The notes: generated from the letters alone by a model not told the origin. Counted from the first letter of the stretch, positions 27,781 to 37,213 are shown. The stretch is 38,995 nucleotides of DNA from an uncultured Collinsella sp. (GCA_900752345.1 CAADVA010000167.1:1-38995), one strand, 5' to 3'. Program-made: numbers and translations.

Positions 27781-30545
27781 AGAAGAAGCTCATCGAGGTG
27801 GCTCTGCCGCTCGACGATATCAATGCGGCGTCCGCGCGTGAGAAGTCCATCCGCCATGGGCATCCCTCGACGTTGCATCTCTGGTGGGCCCGCCGCCCAC
27901 TGGCCGCGGCGCGCGCCGTTATCTGGTCGTCGCTGGTGGACGACCCGTCGGCGCATCCCGAGGAGTTCCCCACCGTGGAGGAGGAGGCTGCCGAGCGCGA
28001 GCGCCTGTTCGGCATCCTGCGCGAGCTCGTGGTGTGGGAAAACTCCAATAACGATCGTGTACTTAATGCCGCCAAGGCTGAGATTAAAAAGTCGATGGGC
28101 GACGACTTGCCGCCCCTGCTGGATCCTTTTGCAGGCGGAGGCGCCATTCCGCTGGAGGCACAACGTTTGGGCCTTAAGGCATATGCGCAGGACCTGAACC
28201 CCGTCGCCGTTACCATCAATAAAGCCATGATCGAGATCCCGCCTCTGTTCGCGAACAATCCTGCCGTTAACCCTGAGGCCCGCGGCAAGCTGACCAATGG
28301 AGGTTGGAGCGGCAACGCTGGCCTGGCTGCCGATGTCAAGTACTATGGCGCCTGGATGAAGGAAGAGGCTCAGCATCGTATCGGTGACCTGTACCCTAAG
28401 GTGCAGGTCCCGGCCGAGCAGGGCGGCGGCGAGGCTACCGTCATTGCGTGGCTGTGGGCGCGTACCGTCAAGTGCCCCAATCCCGCTTGCGGGCACGAGG
28501 CGATCCTCGTGCGCTCGTTCGATCTCTCCAAGAAGAAGGGCAAGGAATGGCACGTCGAGCCCGTCTGCGAGGGCGGCGAGGTGTGCTTTGAGGTCGCGCC
28601 TGGTAAGGCGATGCATGACGGCACAGTGAACCGCCGCGGCGCGGCCTGCGTGCACTGCGGGGCGCCTATCGCTTTCGATCATATACGCGAAGAGTCGCGC
28701 GAGGGACGCATGGGCGCCAGGCTCATGGCTATCGTCGCCGAAGGGCAACGCGGCAGAATCTACATCGCGCCGGACGAGGTGCAGATAGCTGCCGCCGACG
28801 TTCCGATGCCTGATGACTATCCCCAGGGCAAGCTCGCTTATTACCCGGGGCATCTGAACACGAACGTCTACGGCCTAGACGAGTTCTGGAAGCTCTTTAC
28901 CAACCGACAGCTGACGGCGCTGACGACGTTCTCGGCGCTCGTCGGCGAGGCGCAGAAAAAGGCCGAGGCGGACGCCATTGCTGCCGGGCTGCCCGATGAC
29001 GGCGTGGGCCTGGCGGACGGCGGCACCGGAGCCCGCGCCTATGGCGAGGCTATCGGCGTCTATTTGGCGTTCATCGTCGACAAACTTGCCGATTATAATT
29101 CTTCAATATGTTCTTGGATTTCGTCCCTTTCGTCGGGTGCGATTCGGAATACCTTTGCACGCCAAGCTATTCCGATGACATGGGATTATGCCGAAGCAAA
29201 TCCCTTTTCAGGCTCATGCGGTAGTTATGACAGCATGCTCCTCTGGATACGAAAGGCGATCGTCGAATTTCCCAGAGCACGGGAAGTGGGATTTGCTAGA
29301 CAATTCGATGCCCAGAGCGACAACGGAATGCGAGGGATAGTTGTTTCAACGGATCCGCCCTATTACGACAATATTGGCTATGCTGACCTTTCTGATTACC
29401 TGTATGTTTGGCTTCGGCAATCACTTCGTCATACATATCCAAAACTATTCAGCACCATGCTCGTGCCCAAGCACGAAGAGCTCGTGGCTACACCCTACCG
29501 TGAAAATCGCGGAAAGGCTGGCGCTCGCGATTTCTTCGAAGAGGGTATGTTCCAGACTTTCAAGCAGGTCTATGAATACTCACGCGATGATGTTCCGGTA
29601 ACGATTTACTACGCCTTCAAGCAGAGCGAGACCGAAACAAAGAACGACATTGAAGCTACGGCGTCAACCGGTTGGGAGACGATGCTATCTGCCATAATCC
29701 GTTCGGGATTTGCGATAACCGGCACGTGGCCGATGAGGACGGAAAGGGAAGCAAGAACTATTGCCTCTGGCACCAACGCCCTCGCGTCCTCCATCGTCCT
29801 CGTCTGCCGCAAACGCTCCGAAGATGCCCCCATGGGTACGCGTCGCGACTTCGTGATGTCGCTCAAGCGCGAGCTGGGGTCTGCGCTCGATAAACTTCGT
29901 TCTTCGAATATCGCACCTGTTGACCTTGCGCAGTCGGCTATCGGACCTGGTATTGGCGTGTATTCGCGCTACAGCCAGGTGCTCGAGGCCGACGGTAGCC
30001 TCATGACGGTGCGTGCAGCGCTGCAACTTATCAACCAAGAGGTGGATGCGTACTTTAGCGACCAGGATGGCGAGCTCGATCGCGAGAGCCGCTTCTGCGT
30101 CGATCTCTATACGCAGAAAGCCTTTGACACCATTAAGTTCGGCGAAGCCGATGTGCTCGCCCGCGCCAAGAACGTTTCCATCGAAGGGCTGGCAGCCCAA
30201 GGGCTCCTTGCTTCCGTTAAGGGAAATGTGCACTTGCTCGACCGTAGCGAGATGTCGGAGCGCGTTGACTTTAAGGCGCCTACTTGGCTTACGACCCAGC
30301 AGCTTACGCATGCGCTCGAGGAGGGCGGTGTTGCGGCTTGTGCCAAGATCGTTAGCCAAACGCTCGGCGGTCGTGCGGATGGTGCCAAGGCGCTTGCGTA
30401 TCGCCTCTTTACCATTGCGGACAAGCGCAACTGGCAGCAGGAGGCCTTCGCCTACAACTCGCTTGTTACGGCATGGCCCGAGATTCAGTCAAAGGCGGCG
30501 CAGCTTGCTGTCGAGCGTCCCATGCAAGACTCGCTTTTCGATTAA
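27771..30545 (+). CDS. DUF1156-family amino (probably N6-adenine) DNA methyltransferase
   Basis: KKLIEVALPL...LHLWWARRPLAAAR, SAM motif DPFAGGGAIP, Zn ribbons CPNPAC and CVHC, catalytic TDPPYY; ATG overlaps the helicase end. Confidence 0.93.
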   Translation: MAVKKKLIEVALPLDDINAASAREKSIRHGHPSTLHLWWARRPLAAARAVIWSSLVDDPSAHPEEFPTVEEEAAERERLFGILRELVVWENSNNDRVLNAAKAEIKKSMGDDLPPLLDPFAGGGAIPLEAQRLGLKAYAQDLNPVAVTINKAMIEIPPLFANNPAVNPEARGKLTNGGWSGNAGLAADVKYYGAWMKEEAQHRIGDLYPKVQVPAEQGGGEATVIAWLWARTVKCPNPACGHEAILVRSFDLSKKKGKEWHVEPVCEGGEVCFEVAPGKAMHDGTVNRRGAACVHCGAPIAFDHIREESREGRMGARLMAIVAEGQRGRIYIAPDEVQIAAADVPMPDDYPQGKLAYYPGHLNTNVYGLDEFWKLFTNRQLTALTTFSALVGEAQKKAEADAIAAGLPDDGVGLADGGTGARAYGEAIGVYLAFIVDKLADYNSSICSWISSLSSGAIRNTFARQAIPMTWDYAEANPFSGSCGSYDSMLLWIRKAIVEFPRAREVGFARQFDAQSDNGMRGIVVSTDPPYYDNIGYADLSDYLYVWLRQSLRHTYPKLFSTMLVPKHEELVATPYRENRGKAGARDFFEEGMFQTFKQVYEYSRDDVPVTIYYAFKQSETETKNDIEATASTGWETMLSAIIRSGFAITGTWPMRTEREARTIASGTNALASSIVLVCRKRSEDAPMGTRRDFVMSLKRELGSALDKLRSSNIAPVDLAQSAIGPGIGVYSRYSQVLEADGSLMTVRAALQLINQEVDAYFSDQDGELDRESRFCVDLYTQKAFDTIKFGEADVLARAKNVSIEGLAAQGLLASVKGNVHLLDRSEMSERVDFKAPTWLTTQQLTHALEEGGVAACAKIVSQTLGGRADGAKALAYRLFTIADKRNWQQEAFAYNSLVTAWPEIQSKAAQLAVERPMQDSLFD

Positions 30546-30563
30546 GTCCCAAGGAGATAAACC

Positions 30564-33500
30564 ATGGAGAACAACGCTAATAACTGCGATCTTCTCAATA
30601 AGGGCTTTGACCTTTTGCTCGAGGCCCTTGATCCTTATGTGATGCGCGAGCTTACCCAGGCATACGGCAATGATTTTTGGCAGGTCGGTGTGCTCAACAA
30701 GCTCTACGACGACCAAAAGCGCAACCTGCCAGCATCGGGTGACTATGCCACTCTTGCTGACTCGCTCGATATTGCCCTGTGCTTGCTGCTCATTGACATC
30801 AACTGGCGCGATGTGTTTCGCCTTAGGTTGCCTCAGGATTGCAAGAACTACGTCATGGAGCTCAAGGGCGTTCGCAACAAGGTTGCGCATCGCGGTATGG
30901 GAGGTATCTCGGACAGCGACGCATGGCGTGCGCTCGATACCATGAGTCGTTTGGCTGAGCAGATTGATCAGGATACCACGGCGCAACTCAACGCAATGCT
31001 TCGCGAGGTTCGTTATGGCAGCGCCGACGGCTCGACGGCAGTGACAACAAATGTTGATGCTGGCGTGGACGCCCCGGCACCTCGCAGGAAATCACTCGAG
31101 CAAACCAAGGCCGTTCGTGGCCTGCCTAGTTGGCGCGATGTCATGGAACCCCATATGGATGTTGCTGAGGGGCGCTATAGGAATGCCGAGTTTGCTGCCG
31201 ACCTTGCCCAGGTGGCGCGCGGCAAGGGCGAGTTGGAGTACCGCGACCCGGTCGAATTTTTCAATCGAACGTATGTGACCGAGGGCATGAAGGGGCTGCT
31301 CGTGCAGTCGTTGCGCCGCGTGGCTGGTCTCGACGGCGAGCCCGTCATCCAGCTCAAGACGGCCTTCGGCGGCGGCAAGACGCACAGCATGCTCGCTCTC
31401 TACCACATGATGCGTAGCCGTTCGCGTTTGGGGCAAATCGCTAATATCGCTTCCGTGCTCGAGGAGGCGGGCGTTGCCGAAGTCCCTGAGGTGCATGTTG
31501 CTGTGCTCGTGGGCACCTCTATCAATCCGGCAAAAGCTATGCGTCCGGCTACCATGCCTGGCATCATGGTCAACACGCTTTGGGGTCATATGGCATACCA
31601 GCTTGCAGAATCCGCTGGCAGGCCCGAGCTCTATGACTATGTGAAAGATGCTGATAAGAAGGGCGTCTCGCCGGGATCCGCTGCTCTGACTGAATTATTC
31701 GACGATTGCGGCTGCTGCCTTGTCCTTATGGACGAGCTCGTTGCCTATGCCAAGAAGATTTATGGCGTCGACGGACTTAACGCCGGCAGCTTCGACAACT
31801 TCATCACCTTTATTCAGGAGCTCACTGAAGCGGCACGCGCTTCGAAGCGCAGCCTGGTCGTAGCCTCTATTCCCGAATCTGACAACGAGATTGGCGGCGA
31901 GGCGGGCCAGCGAGCTTTGGAGCAGATTGAGCATACCTTTGGGCGCATGGAGGCTATTTGGAAGCCCGTGGCGGCAAACGAAGGGTTCGAGGTTGTGCGC
32001 CGCAGGCTTTTCCTTGATTGCAAGGATGATGCCGCTCGCGATGAGGTGTGCGCGACATTTAGCAAGATGTACAACGAAAATACTGCGGACTTCCCGGTGG
32101 AGTCACGCGAGCTTGAATACCGCGATCGCATGGTTTCCTGCTATCCGATTCACCCTGAAGTGTTCGACCGTCTCTACGAGGACTGGGCAACGCTCGAAAA
32201 GTTTCAACGTACCCGTGGCGTGTTGCGCTTAATGGCGTCGGTTATCCACGAGCTGTGGATGAACCAGGATCCTTCGCCGATGATTATGCCGGGGTCGTTC
32301 CCCCTCGATGTGCCCGGCGTGCGCGATGAGCTCACGCGCTATCTTGATGACAACTGGAATGCAGTCGTTGATTCCGAGATCGACGGCAAGCAGTCCGTTC
32401 CGTATCGCAATGACGGCAACAACACTCGTTACGGCAATCTTTTGGCTTCGCGTCGCGTCGCACGTACCATCATGCTCGGCAGTGCTCCCGACGTGGGCGG
32501 TCAATCCGTCCGCGGTATCGAGCGCGCGCATATTCGCTTGGGCACGGTTCAGCCTGGCGAGAACATCTCTGTATTCAACGATGCCCTGGGCACGCTGCAG
32601 ACATCTTCGTCTTTCCTGTATAGCGACGTCAACGGAAACCGTTTTTGGTACGATACGCGCCCCACGTTGCGCAAGGTTGCCGATGACCGCGCCCAGCAAG
32701 TCAAGGACTCCGAAGCGCTCTATGAAGTCGAGAGTCGCCTAAAGAGGCTGCGCAAGGTTGATCCCTTCTCGGGCATTCATGTATGTCCCGCAAGCTCGCT
32801 TGACGTTCCGGATGATCAGACGCTGCGCCTGGTGGTGCTGACGCCGTCTGCCAATCACCGTGGAAAGACGGCCGATTCCGCGGCACTCACCTTGGCATCG
32901 GAGATACTCTCAAATCGCGGTACGTCTCCGCGTACGTACAAGAATATGATTGTGTTCGCCGCTGCGGACGCATCTTACTATGCACAACTCCTAAGTGAGG
33001 CGAAACAATACCTTGCTTGGGATTCCATCAAGAAAGATCGCGAGTCACTGAACCTCGACGTGGCACAGACGCGCGAGACTGACCAGAGTGTGAGACGTGC
33101 CGACGAATCGCTCGAGCTAAAGATCCAGGAGGCCTATAGCTGGCTTATTTATCCGCGTGTTGACCTTTTCAGCGACTCGATGGATATCGTTTGGGAAGCA
33201 GAACACGTTGAGGGCGGCGGTGAAAATATCGTTGCCAAGATGGCGCGCAAGCTTGTTTCCGATGAGGCGGCCATCAAGACCTGGGCACCGGCTCTGCTTA
33301 AGATGGAGCTCGATCGAGTGCTCTGGAAGGACGCGGACCACATCCAGATTAAGCGTCTGTGGGAGTTCCTGTGCTCTTATTGCTATCTTCCCAGGCTGTC
33401 GTGCTATGGCGTGCTCGAGGACGCGATTCAAAGGGGCCTGGGCTCAAAGGAATACTTTGGCCTTGCTGCAGGCTTCTCGGACGATCGCTATATGGAGCTG

Positions 33501-33977
33501 ACGCTTGGTGAGCAGAAGACATTTATCAACGAGAGCGACCTGCTGGTAAAACCGGCTGTAGCAACAAGGCAGATTGAAGAGGAAGAGGCTGCTGCTCGCG
33601 CTGCGGCTGCGGAGGCTGGGCAGGGCTCCGATGGCGGCGGGCATGGAATTGCGTTTGGTCCTACGACGAGCGAAACCGTAACGGATGCGGACGGCAGGAC
33701 CACGGTTGTCGACACGACGCCAGTGGTGGTGCAGCCCGCGAGGCAAAAGACATCCTTCCATATGACGGCAAAGCTCGACAACACTCGCGTCAATCGCAAT
33801 ATCCAGACCATCATGGACGAAGTAGTGAGTCAGTTAAACATGTTGGGCGGTGCCGACGTACAGCTTTCGTTTAGCGTCTCTGCTCATGTCGAAGACGGAA
33901 TCCCCGTGCAAACAGTTCGAGCAATAAGCGAGAACTGCTCCACGTTGGATATCAACGACTATAGGTTTGGGGAGTAA
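30564..33977 (+). CDS. Swt1-like HEPN + DUF499 AAA+ ATPase
   Basis: N-terminal ELKGVRNKVAH (Rx4H), WRDVMEPH.DV, EFAADL, TAFGGGKTHS, LMDELV, YPIHPE, FQRTRGVLR. Confidence 0.92.
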   Translation: MENNANNCDLLNKGFDLLLEALDPYVMRELTQAYGNDFWQVGVLNKLYDDQKRNLPASGDYATLADSLDIALCLLLIDINWRDVFRLRLPQDCKNYVMELKGVRNKVAHRGMGGISDSDAWRALDTMSRLAEQIDQDTTAQLNAMLREVRYGSADGSTAVTTNVDAGVDAPAPRRKSLEQTKAVRGLPSWRDVMEPHMDVAEGRYRNAEFAADLAQVARGKGELEYRDPVEFFNRTYVTEGMKGLLVQSLRRVAGLDGEPVIQLKTAFGGGKTHSMLALYHMMRSRSRLGQIANIASVLEEAGVAEVPEVHVAVLVGTSINPAKAMRPATMPGIMVNTLWGHMAYQLAESAGRPELYDYVKDADKKGVSPGSAALTELFDDCGCCLVLMDELVAYAKKIYGVDGLNAGSFDNFITFIQELTEAARASKRSLVVASIPESDNEIGGEAGQRALEQIEHTFGRMEAIWKPVAANEGFEVVRRRLFLDCKDDAARDEVCATFSKMYNENTADFPVESRELEYRDRMVSCYPIHPEVFDRLYEDWATLEKFQRTRGVLRLMASVIHELWMNQDPSPMIMPGSFPLDVPGVRDELTRYLDDNWNAVVDSEIDGKQSVPYRNDGNNTRYGNLLASRRVARTIMLGSAPDVGGQSVRGIERAHIRLGTVQPGENISVFNDALGTLQTSSSFLYSDVNGNRFWYDTRPTLRKVADDRAQQVKDSEALYEVESRLKRLRKVDPFSGIHVCPASSLDVPDDQTLRLVVLTPSANHRGKTADSAALTLASEILSNRGTSPRTYKNMIVFAAADASYYAQLLSEAKQYLAWDSIKKDRESLNLDVAQTRETDQSVRRADESLELKIQEAYSWLIYPRVDLFSDSMDIVWEAEHVEGGGENIVAKMARKLVSDEAAIKTWAPALLKMELDRVLWKDADHIQIKRLWEFLCSYCYLPRLSCYGVLEDAIQRGLGSKEYFGLAAGFSDDRYMELTLGEQKTFINESDLLVKPAVATRQIEEEEAAARAAAAEAGQGSDGGGHGIAFGPTTSETVTDADGRTTVVDTTPVVVQPARQKTSFHMTAKLDNTRVNRNIQTIMDEVVSQLNMLGGADVQLSFSVSAHVEDGIPVQTVRAISENCSTLDINDYRFGE

Positions 33978-33998
33978 GAGCGCTGGCAGAGAATAAGA

Positions 33999-34035
33999 CT
34001 GCCCCATCATTCCGCTACTCGAAATGATGGGGCAG
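33999..34035. terminator. Hairpin between convergent genes
   Basis: ctgccccatcatt ... aatgatggggcag, 13-bp stem. Confidence 0.65.
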
Positions 34036-34065
34036 GATGTGGCATGGCTGGCTATTCAACGGGCG

Positions 34066-34548
34066 CTAAATAAAGTGCTCTGCCGCGCAACGGCCGCACG
34101 TCACCATGGCGTCGCCTGCGTTCGTTTGCACCCTCGCAATTCTGCGCGCGGCACTCAGCAGCTCATACTCCCTCTGGCTCCACTGGCGCAGCTCGGCAGC
34201 CTTGACGGCGTCGCGGCACAGGTCCAGAAATACCTCTGCACCCTCGCAGAAGCACTCGCGGGCAAAGGCGCCGGATCCGTCCGCAACGCACGCGCCGTCG
34301 GCAAAGAGCTTCCAGCTGGACGGCTCACGCGAGTCATCTCCGAGCAGCTTGATCTGCAATACGTGCGGGTCACCGGCGGCGCAGAGCTCTTTCTCAAGCA
34401 CCTGCACGGTAAAGCGCATCTGGTGGGAGAGGCTGCTCTTGACCATGGCCGAGGCATAGCCGCTTGGCTCGTCCAGAAGATGTATTTGTTTTGGCTTGGC
34501 TGCCAGGTTGTGGAAGTTGCGCTCACTGCGCTCGGAGAAATTGTCCAT
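34066..34548 (-). CDS. Hypothetical protein (160 aa) downstream of SAM-I-like riboswitch
   Basis: ATG at 34548 preceded by AAAGGAG; no motif recognised. Confidence 0.7.
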   Translation of the reverse strand: MDNFSERSERNFHNLAAKPKQIHLLDEPSGYASAMVKSSLSHQMRFTVQVLEKELCAAGDPHVLQIKLLGDDSREPSSWKLFADGACVADGSGAFARECFCEGAEVFLDLCRDAVKAAELRQWSQREYELLSAARRIARVQTNAGDAMVTCGRCAAEHFI

Positions 34549-34557
34549 ACGGACTCC

Positions 34558-34646
34558 TTTCATCGATGTTGGCAGGGCCACCGTGCCTCTTGGCCGGTTG
34601 GCGTCGGGATCGTGGAGCCAACTCTCTACCCCGACTCTGGATAAAA
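34558..34646 (-). ncRNA. SAM-I (S-box)-like riboswitch lacking P4
   Basis: Minus strand TTTTATCCAGAG, P2 GTCGGG/CCCGAC with kink-turn-like GA pairs, P3 GCCAACC/GGTGGC, pseudoknot GTTGG/CCAAC, P1 closing GATGAAA. Confidence 0.8.
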
Positions 34647-34766
34647 CGCGCCCGCTCCTTGCGGACACGATGGAGTCTATCAGCACGCGCGGACAAAAAA
34701 CAAGCGCCGCCTGCGAAATGATGTGCAGACGGCGTTTGATTACGCGGCAATTATTCGGCAAACATC

Positions 34767-34876
34767 CGGAAAAGTGTCGAAATCAGCCGTATGAAAGTAC
34801 GGAAAAGTGTCAAATTCGAGCCGCCCAAATTACGGAAAAGTGTCGAAATGAGCACCCAACAATCACGGAAAAGTGT
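34767..34876 (+). repeat. Four CGGAAAAGTGT repeats at exact 33-bp period
   Basis: Copies start at 34767, 34800, 34833, 34866 with variable intervening sequence. Confidence 0.92.
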
Positions 34877-34914
34877 ATCCTAGTGCTAAACAGCACGTAA
34901 TAAGGGATACGCTT

Positions 34915-36237
34915 ATGCTACAGAGAAAAGCGAAAGCACAATTTGAATCTTGGCTTGCCTCGTCGCCTAACAAGGCCCTTTTGGTCAAGGGCGCCCGACA
35001 GGTAGGAAAGTCATATCTGGTCAACGCGTTCGCACGTGAATCGTTCGAAAACGTCGTGACGTTCGACCTTATCGCCGACGCGTCCGTGCGCGATTCATTT
35101 TTGGCGGCAAAAAGCGCGGACGACCTTCTTATGCGCATGTCTATCGCTGCGACGCAGCCGATGGTTGCCAACAAAACCGTCGTGGTTATCGACGAGGTGC
35201 AGCGATGCCCCAATGTGGTGACGTTTATCAAATACCTCGTGCAGCGCGGCGACTTTCGGTACATCCTCACCGGATCGCTCCTTGGTGTTGAGCTCGAGGG
35301 CATCGATTCCTTGCCGGTGGGGTATGTCGAGCAGATCCAGATGTACCCGCTCACCTTTGAGGAGTTCTGCTGGGCAAATGGCGTTGGTGCTAGCGCGTTT
35401 GAAATGCTCAGGGGCTGTCTAAAGGATGAGAGGGAGCTTCCAGATTATCTATATGACCGCTTGCTCGATCTGTTTCATCAGTATGTGGTGGTGGGCGGCA
35501 TGCCCGACGCGGTCAATTCCTTCTTGGCGACGCGCAACGTCGACGAGGTTCGGAACATCCATCGCGATCTTCACGCCCTGTATCGCGATGACATCGCAAA
35601 GTACGCTCCGCCCGAGCTACGTTTGGTTATTCGCGATATCTATGATTTGATTCCCAGCGAAGCGGGTTCTAAAAACAAGCGATTCAAGCTGTCATCGATA
35701 AGCGGTGTTAAACGTTTTTCGCAGGTGACGGACCATTTTCTCTGGCTGTCGGAGGCGGGTGTTGCACTTCCCGTGTATAACGTAACCGCGCCTGTGGCAC
35801 CCCTTTTATTGGGGGAGCAGCGAAGTCTTTTTAAGCTGTTTTACTTGGACACCGGAATGCTCATGTCGTCGTATTCCAAAAAGGTTGCCCAAGGCGTTTT
35901 TGATGGCGAGGCAGAAGGCCCCTTTGGCATGAATATGGGGGCGGCGTTTGAGGGCTTCGTTGCCCAAGAGCTCAAAGCTCATGGATTTAGATTGCGCTAC
36001 TTTACATCGAAAAAGGTTGGCGAGCTCGATTTTGTCGAGGAGACGCTCGATGGGGAAGTGCTTGCCATCGAGGTCAAGTCGGGCAAGAGCTTTAGGTCCC
36101 ATGCGGCGCTCGACAACGCGCTCGTGACGAAGGGTTACGGAATCGACCGTGCTCTGGTGCTTGCTGAGTGCAACCTGCACCGCGATGGAGAGGTGTTGTA
36201 TCTGCCCATCTTTATGGCGGGCCTCTTGGAGCCGTAA
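34915..36237 (+). CDS. AAA_14 ATPase + DUF4143 (PD-(D/E)XK-like) protein
   Basis: Walker A GARQVGKS, Walker B VVIDEVQ, TGSLLG, MYPLTFEEF, GGMP, ELDFV...AIEVKSG. Confidence 0.92.
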   Translation: MLQRKAKAQFESWLASSPNKALLVKGARQVGKSYLVNAFARESFENVVTFDLIADASVRDSFLAAKSADDLLMRMSIAATQPMVANKTVVVIDEVQRCPNVVTFIKYLVQRGDFRYILTGSLLGVELEGIDSLPVGYVEQIQMYPLTFEEFCWANGVGASAFEMLRGCLKDERELPDYLYDRLLDLFHQYVVVGGMPDAVNSFLATRNVDEVRNIHRDLHALYRDDIAKYAPPELRLVIRDIYDLIPSEAGSKNKRFKLSSISGVKRFSQVTDHFLWLSEAGVALPVYNVTAPVAPLLLGEQRSLFKLFYLDTGMLMSSYSKKVAQGVFDGEAEGPFGMNMGAAFEGFVAQELKAHGFRLRYFTSKKVGELDFVEETLDGEVLAIEVKSGKSFRSHAALDNALVTKGYGIDRALVLAECNLHRDGEVLYLPIFMAGLLEP

Positions 36238-36274
36238 CGCGTTGCCGGCTCTTTCAGCCCTCCTTTAACCTTCG

Positions 36275-37093
36275 CTACTCGTCTCCGTCGTTGGGGTCGC
36301 CCTTGAGGGTGTTGATGTCCAGGTACTGGTTGTCGTCCTCTTTTTGCTGCGTTGCCGATTCGGGCGCGGTGGGGCCACGGAACAGCTGGAATCCCTCAAA
36401 CGCGATCACGCCGAGCAGAGCGATGATGATGGCGATAAAGACAACCTTTGCCGCCTGCGAAAACTCAGAAAAGCGCGGCGGTTCTTCTTCGGTGTGGTAA
36501 TCGGCAGCGCGCTCATCGTCGGTGCCGTGGGTATACGACGATGCCGAGGCTGCCTTTACGCTCGCTTGGTTGTAATCGGGAGCGGGCGTGGCGGCAAACG
36601 GGTCGCGAGAATAGCTGCTCGACGTTTGGCCGTAATCCTCGGTTTCGATGCGGCCGGCGCGAGGCTGTTCGCTCGGGCGGTTGGCGTATGCTGCGGTGTT
36701 GTCGTATGCGGAGTCGCGTTCTTCGGCAGCCGCAAACAGGGGGTTTACCGGAATGTCGAGCGCCGGCATGCCGCCCGAAGTCTCGTCCAGATCTGCCGCG
36801 GCCCAGGAATCGAAGGCAAACTGGCGGGTTGCAAAGTCGTCGAGATCCGCAACGGGCGGTTCGGGCGCATTGTGCTGTGCCGCGGCGATAAACGATGCCG
36901 TCTCGGTAGGATCGCCTGTCGAAGGGGTTTTGCCGCCCATGAGTTCATCGGCGGTCCAAGGGCGGTCGCTCATCACGTCGTCGAGGCTCAACGCAAACAG
37001 ATCGTCTTCGCCCTCGTCAAACGCGTTTTTCGCATGCCTGGCGGTAGGCGCGGTGCCTCCGTGGCTGCTGCGCGATGCGTTGCTCGGCCTCAT
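36275..37093 (-). CDS. Hypothetical acidic, low-complexity protein with one C-terminal TM helix
   Basis: 272-aa ORF after AAAGGA; VVFIAIIIALLGVIAF hydrophobic stretch. Confidence 0.7.
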   Translation of the reverse strand: MRPSNASRSSHGGTAPTARHAKNAFDEGEDDLFALSLDDVMSDRPWTADELMGGKTPSTGDPTETASFIAAAQHNAPEPPVADLDDFATRQFAFDSWAAADLDETSGGMPALDIPVNPLFAAAEERDSAYDNTAAYANRPSEQPRAGRIETEDYGQTSSSYSRDPFAATPAPDYNQASVKAASASSYTHGTDDERAADYHTEEEPPRFSEFSQAAKVVFIAIIIALLGVIAFEGFQLFRGPTAPESATQQKEDDNQYLDINTLKGDPNDGDE

Positions 37094-37213
37094 CTTGTCC
37101 CATCCTTTCGAACTGTCTAGCCCTTCGATTATATGGAACTTGCCTTGTCATCGATGCCCGGATTCGCGTATTCAAGAACTCGTACTAAGGGGAGGATGGT
37201 TCAGGCGGGTCGT

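Noticed and set aside
34024..34644. Plus-strand 206-aa ORF
   Set aside because: The minus-strand ORF has a clear RBS and a riboswitch leader, so this ORF is likely its shadow
34767..34876. CRISPR array or plasmid iteron origin call
   Set aside because: The core is only 11 bp with four copies, and no cas or rep gene is nearby; kept as an unexplained mini-array
18919..36274. Integrative element or prophage with att sites
   Set aside because: No integrase, transposase, tRNA, phage genes or terminal direct repeats were detected by eye
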